From NCBI GenBank assembly GCA_964439795.1, contig CAYTRL010000002.1, positions 1-42,767 of the forward strand: a DNA stretch of 42,767 nt, in the 5' to 3' direction. The notes under the pieces are model-generated. The model was not told the DNA's origin. It did not search any database and saw only the letters and a list, made by a program, of their open reading frames with translations. This stretch comes from an uncultured Thermodesulfobacteriota bacterium (GTDB taxonomy: Bacteria; Desulfobacterota; DSWW01). Made by a program: the position numbers and the translations under genes. Below, one piece after another: positions 41,841 through 42,767 of the stretch; position 1 is the stretch's first letter, and the number at the start of each line of letters is the position of its first letter.

Positions 41841-42767
41841 TCACTTCTCCGGGAGTTTGAAGTCCTTGAAAAGATCCCCCAGGGTTGCCAGGCCCCCCGG
41901 CTTGTTTCCCTGATCCCGGTACTTCTGGTACTCTCCCCGCTGTTCCCGTTCCTTCATCTTCTTGTGGGAGAGCCGAACCTTGTCTTCTCCCTCCACCGAC
42001 TCCACCGCAACCTGGATCGAGGTTCCCGGAGGAAACTTCTTCTTCATATCCGTCCCACGCCCCTGAAGACCCAGCTCTTCCTGGGGGAGGTACCCCCGGA
42101 CACCGGGACCTGCCTCCGGCAGGCGAAGTTGCAGGCCCCGGGACGAGACGCTTTCCACCACGCCAACGAGCTGGAGGCCCGCCTCCAGCTTCACCTTCTC
42201 CCCCTTGACGGGACTCTTCTCCCCCCCGGCGGCGGGCCGGAACGAACTCGCCTCTTTAATGGAAAGAGCGATCCTCTTCTTCTCCTCGTCGATCCGGAGG
42301 ATCCGCACGTCCACTTCCTGCCCTTCGGCCAGCAGCTTTCCAGGGTGGGGGATCCTTTCGTAGGAGACTTCCGAAACGTGAACAAGCCCCTCCACTCCCG
42401 GGATCAACTCCACGAACGCACCGAAGTCCATGAGTCGCCTCACCGTCCCCTGGACGACCTCTCCCTCCCGGAAGCCCAGGCCCTTTTCCCAGGGGGTGGG
42501 TTCCAGGGCCTTCATGGAAAAGGAGATCCGCGGTCGTCCGTCCGGACCGGCCTCGACCTGTTCCACGAGCACCTTGATCTGCTGGCCCACGCTGAGGAGG
42601 TCCGAAGGGTCGTTCAGTCGATAGTGAGCCATCTGGGAAATGTGGAGCATTCCCTCCACCCCCCCGATGTCCACGAACGCTCCGTACTTCATCAACCGCG
42701 TCACGGTCCCCTCCATCACATCCCCCGCCTTCAGCTTTTCCAGGACCTGTCTGGCCAGCTTCTCGCG
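41841..42767 (-). CDS. rpsA: 30S ribosomal protein S1, C-terminal part (5' end lies beyond the window edge)
   Basis: Repeated S1 domains: GTVTRLMKYGAFVDIGGVEGMLHISQM and GTVRRLMDFGAFVELIPGVEGLVHVSEV. The reading frame stays open to position 42767. Confidence 0.85.
   Translation of the reverse strand, partial: REKLARQVLEKLKAGDVMEGTVTRLMKYGAFVDIGGVEGMLHISQMAHYRLNDPSDLLSVGQQIKVLVEQVEAGPDGRPRISFSMKALEPTPWEKGLGFREGEVVQGTVRRLMDFGAFVELIPGVEGLVHVSEVSYERIPHPGKLLAEGQEVDVRILRIDEEKKRIALSIKEASSFRPAAGGEKSPVKGEKVKLEAGLQLVGVVESVSSRGLQLRLPEAGPGVRGYLPQEELGLQGRGTDMKKKFPPGTSIQVAVESVEGEDKVRLSHKKMKEREQRGEYQKYRDQGNKPGGLATLGDLFKDFKLPEK

Noticed and set aside
41635-41844. 69-aa minus-strand ORF overlapping the rpsA stop (GTGA).
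   Set aside because: It has a GTG start without an SD. The peptide is basic and low-complexity with no recognisable fold or family, and the ORF overlaps the structured palindromic region. It is more likely non-coding.

Overview
This is a high-GC bacterial chromosomal window with about 35 supportable protein genes and no rRNA, tRNA or CRISPR array that I can see. The gene content suggests an anaerobic Desulfobacterota/deltaproteobacterium-like organism: DsrMK/HdrD-like redox module, sigma54 enhancer-binding proteins, ADP-forming acyl-CoA synthetase, rubrerythrin-like protein. That assignment is inference only.

Gene order, left to right:
- a secreted Cys-rich protein
- a two-subunit biotin carboxylase/carboxyltransferase pair
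- a periplasmic hypothetical protein
- a polysaccharide-lyase-like lipoprotein
- a long acyl-CoA dehydrogenase, followed by two PAS/sigma54-type regulators (the second catalytically degenerate), a NarI/DsrM-like membrane protein, an HdrD/DsrK-like FeS-CCG protein and a CheY receiver
- a divergent rubrerythrin-like gene
- a tight five-gene operon: MenA-like prenyltransferase, heme/steroid-binding domain fused to a membrane domain, unknown protein, MBL-fold hydrolase, alpha/beta hydrolase
- an ADP-forming acyl-CoA synthetase
- a methyltransferase
- an OmpA-like protein
- a glycan-synthesis cluster: fused membrane/GT2 protein, processive GT2, LOG-like protein, PP-loop amidotransferase
- two alpha/beta hydrolases, plus a tandem glutaredoxin-like protein and an HCCA-isomerase/DsbA-like protein
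- a roughly 980-aa PHP/CehA-like lipoprotein
- an AT-richer cassette with a 199-aa tyrosine recombinase
- a PurF-like gene lacking the N-terminal Cys nucleophile
- the 3' part of rpsA

Intergenic DNA is littered with several families of short palindromic/MITE-like repeats.

Best candidates for something undescribed:
1. The acyl-CoA dehydrogenase / EBP / pseudo-EBP / DsrMK-like / CheY locus, with its own sigma54 promoter and paired upstream sites.
2. The MenA-like five-gene operon.
3. The mini recombinase cassette next to the Cys-less PurF-like gene.

All family assignments come from motif recognition by eye. No database search was run.
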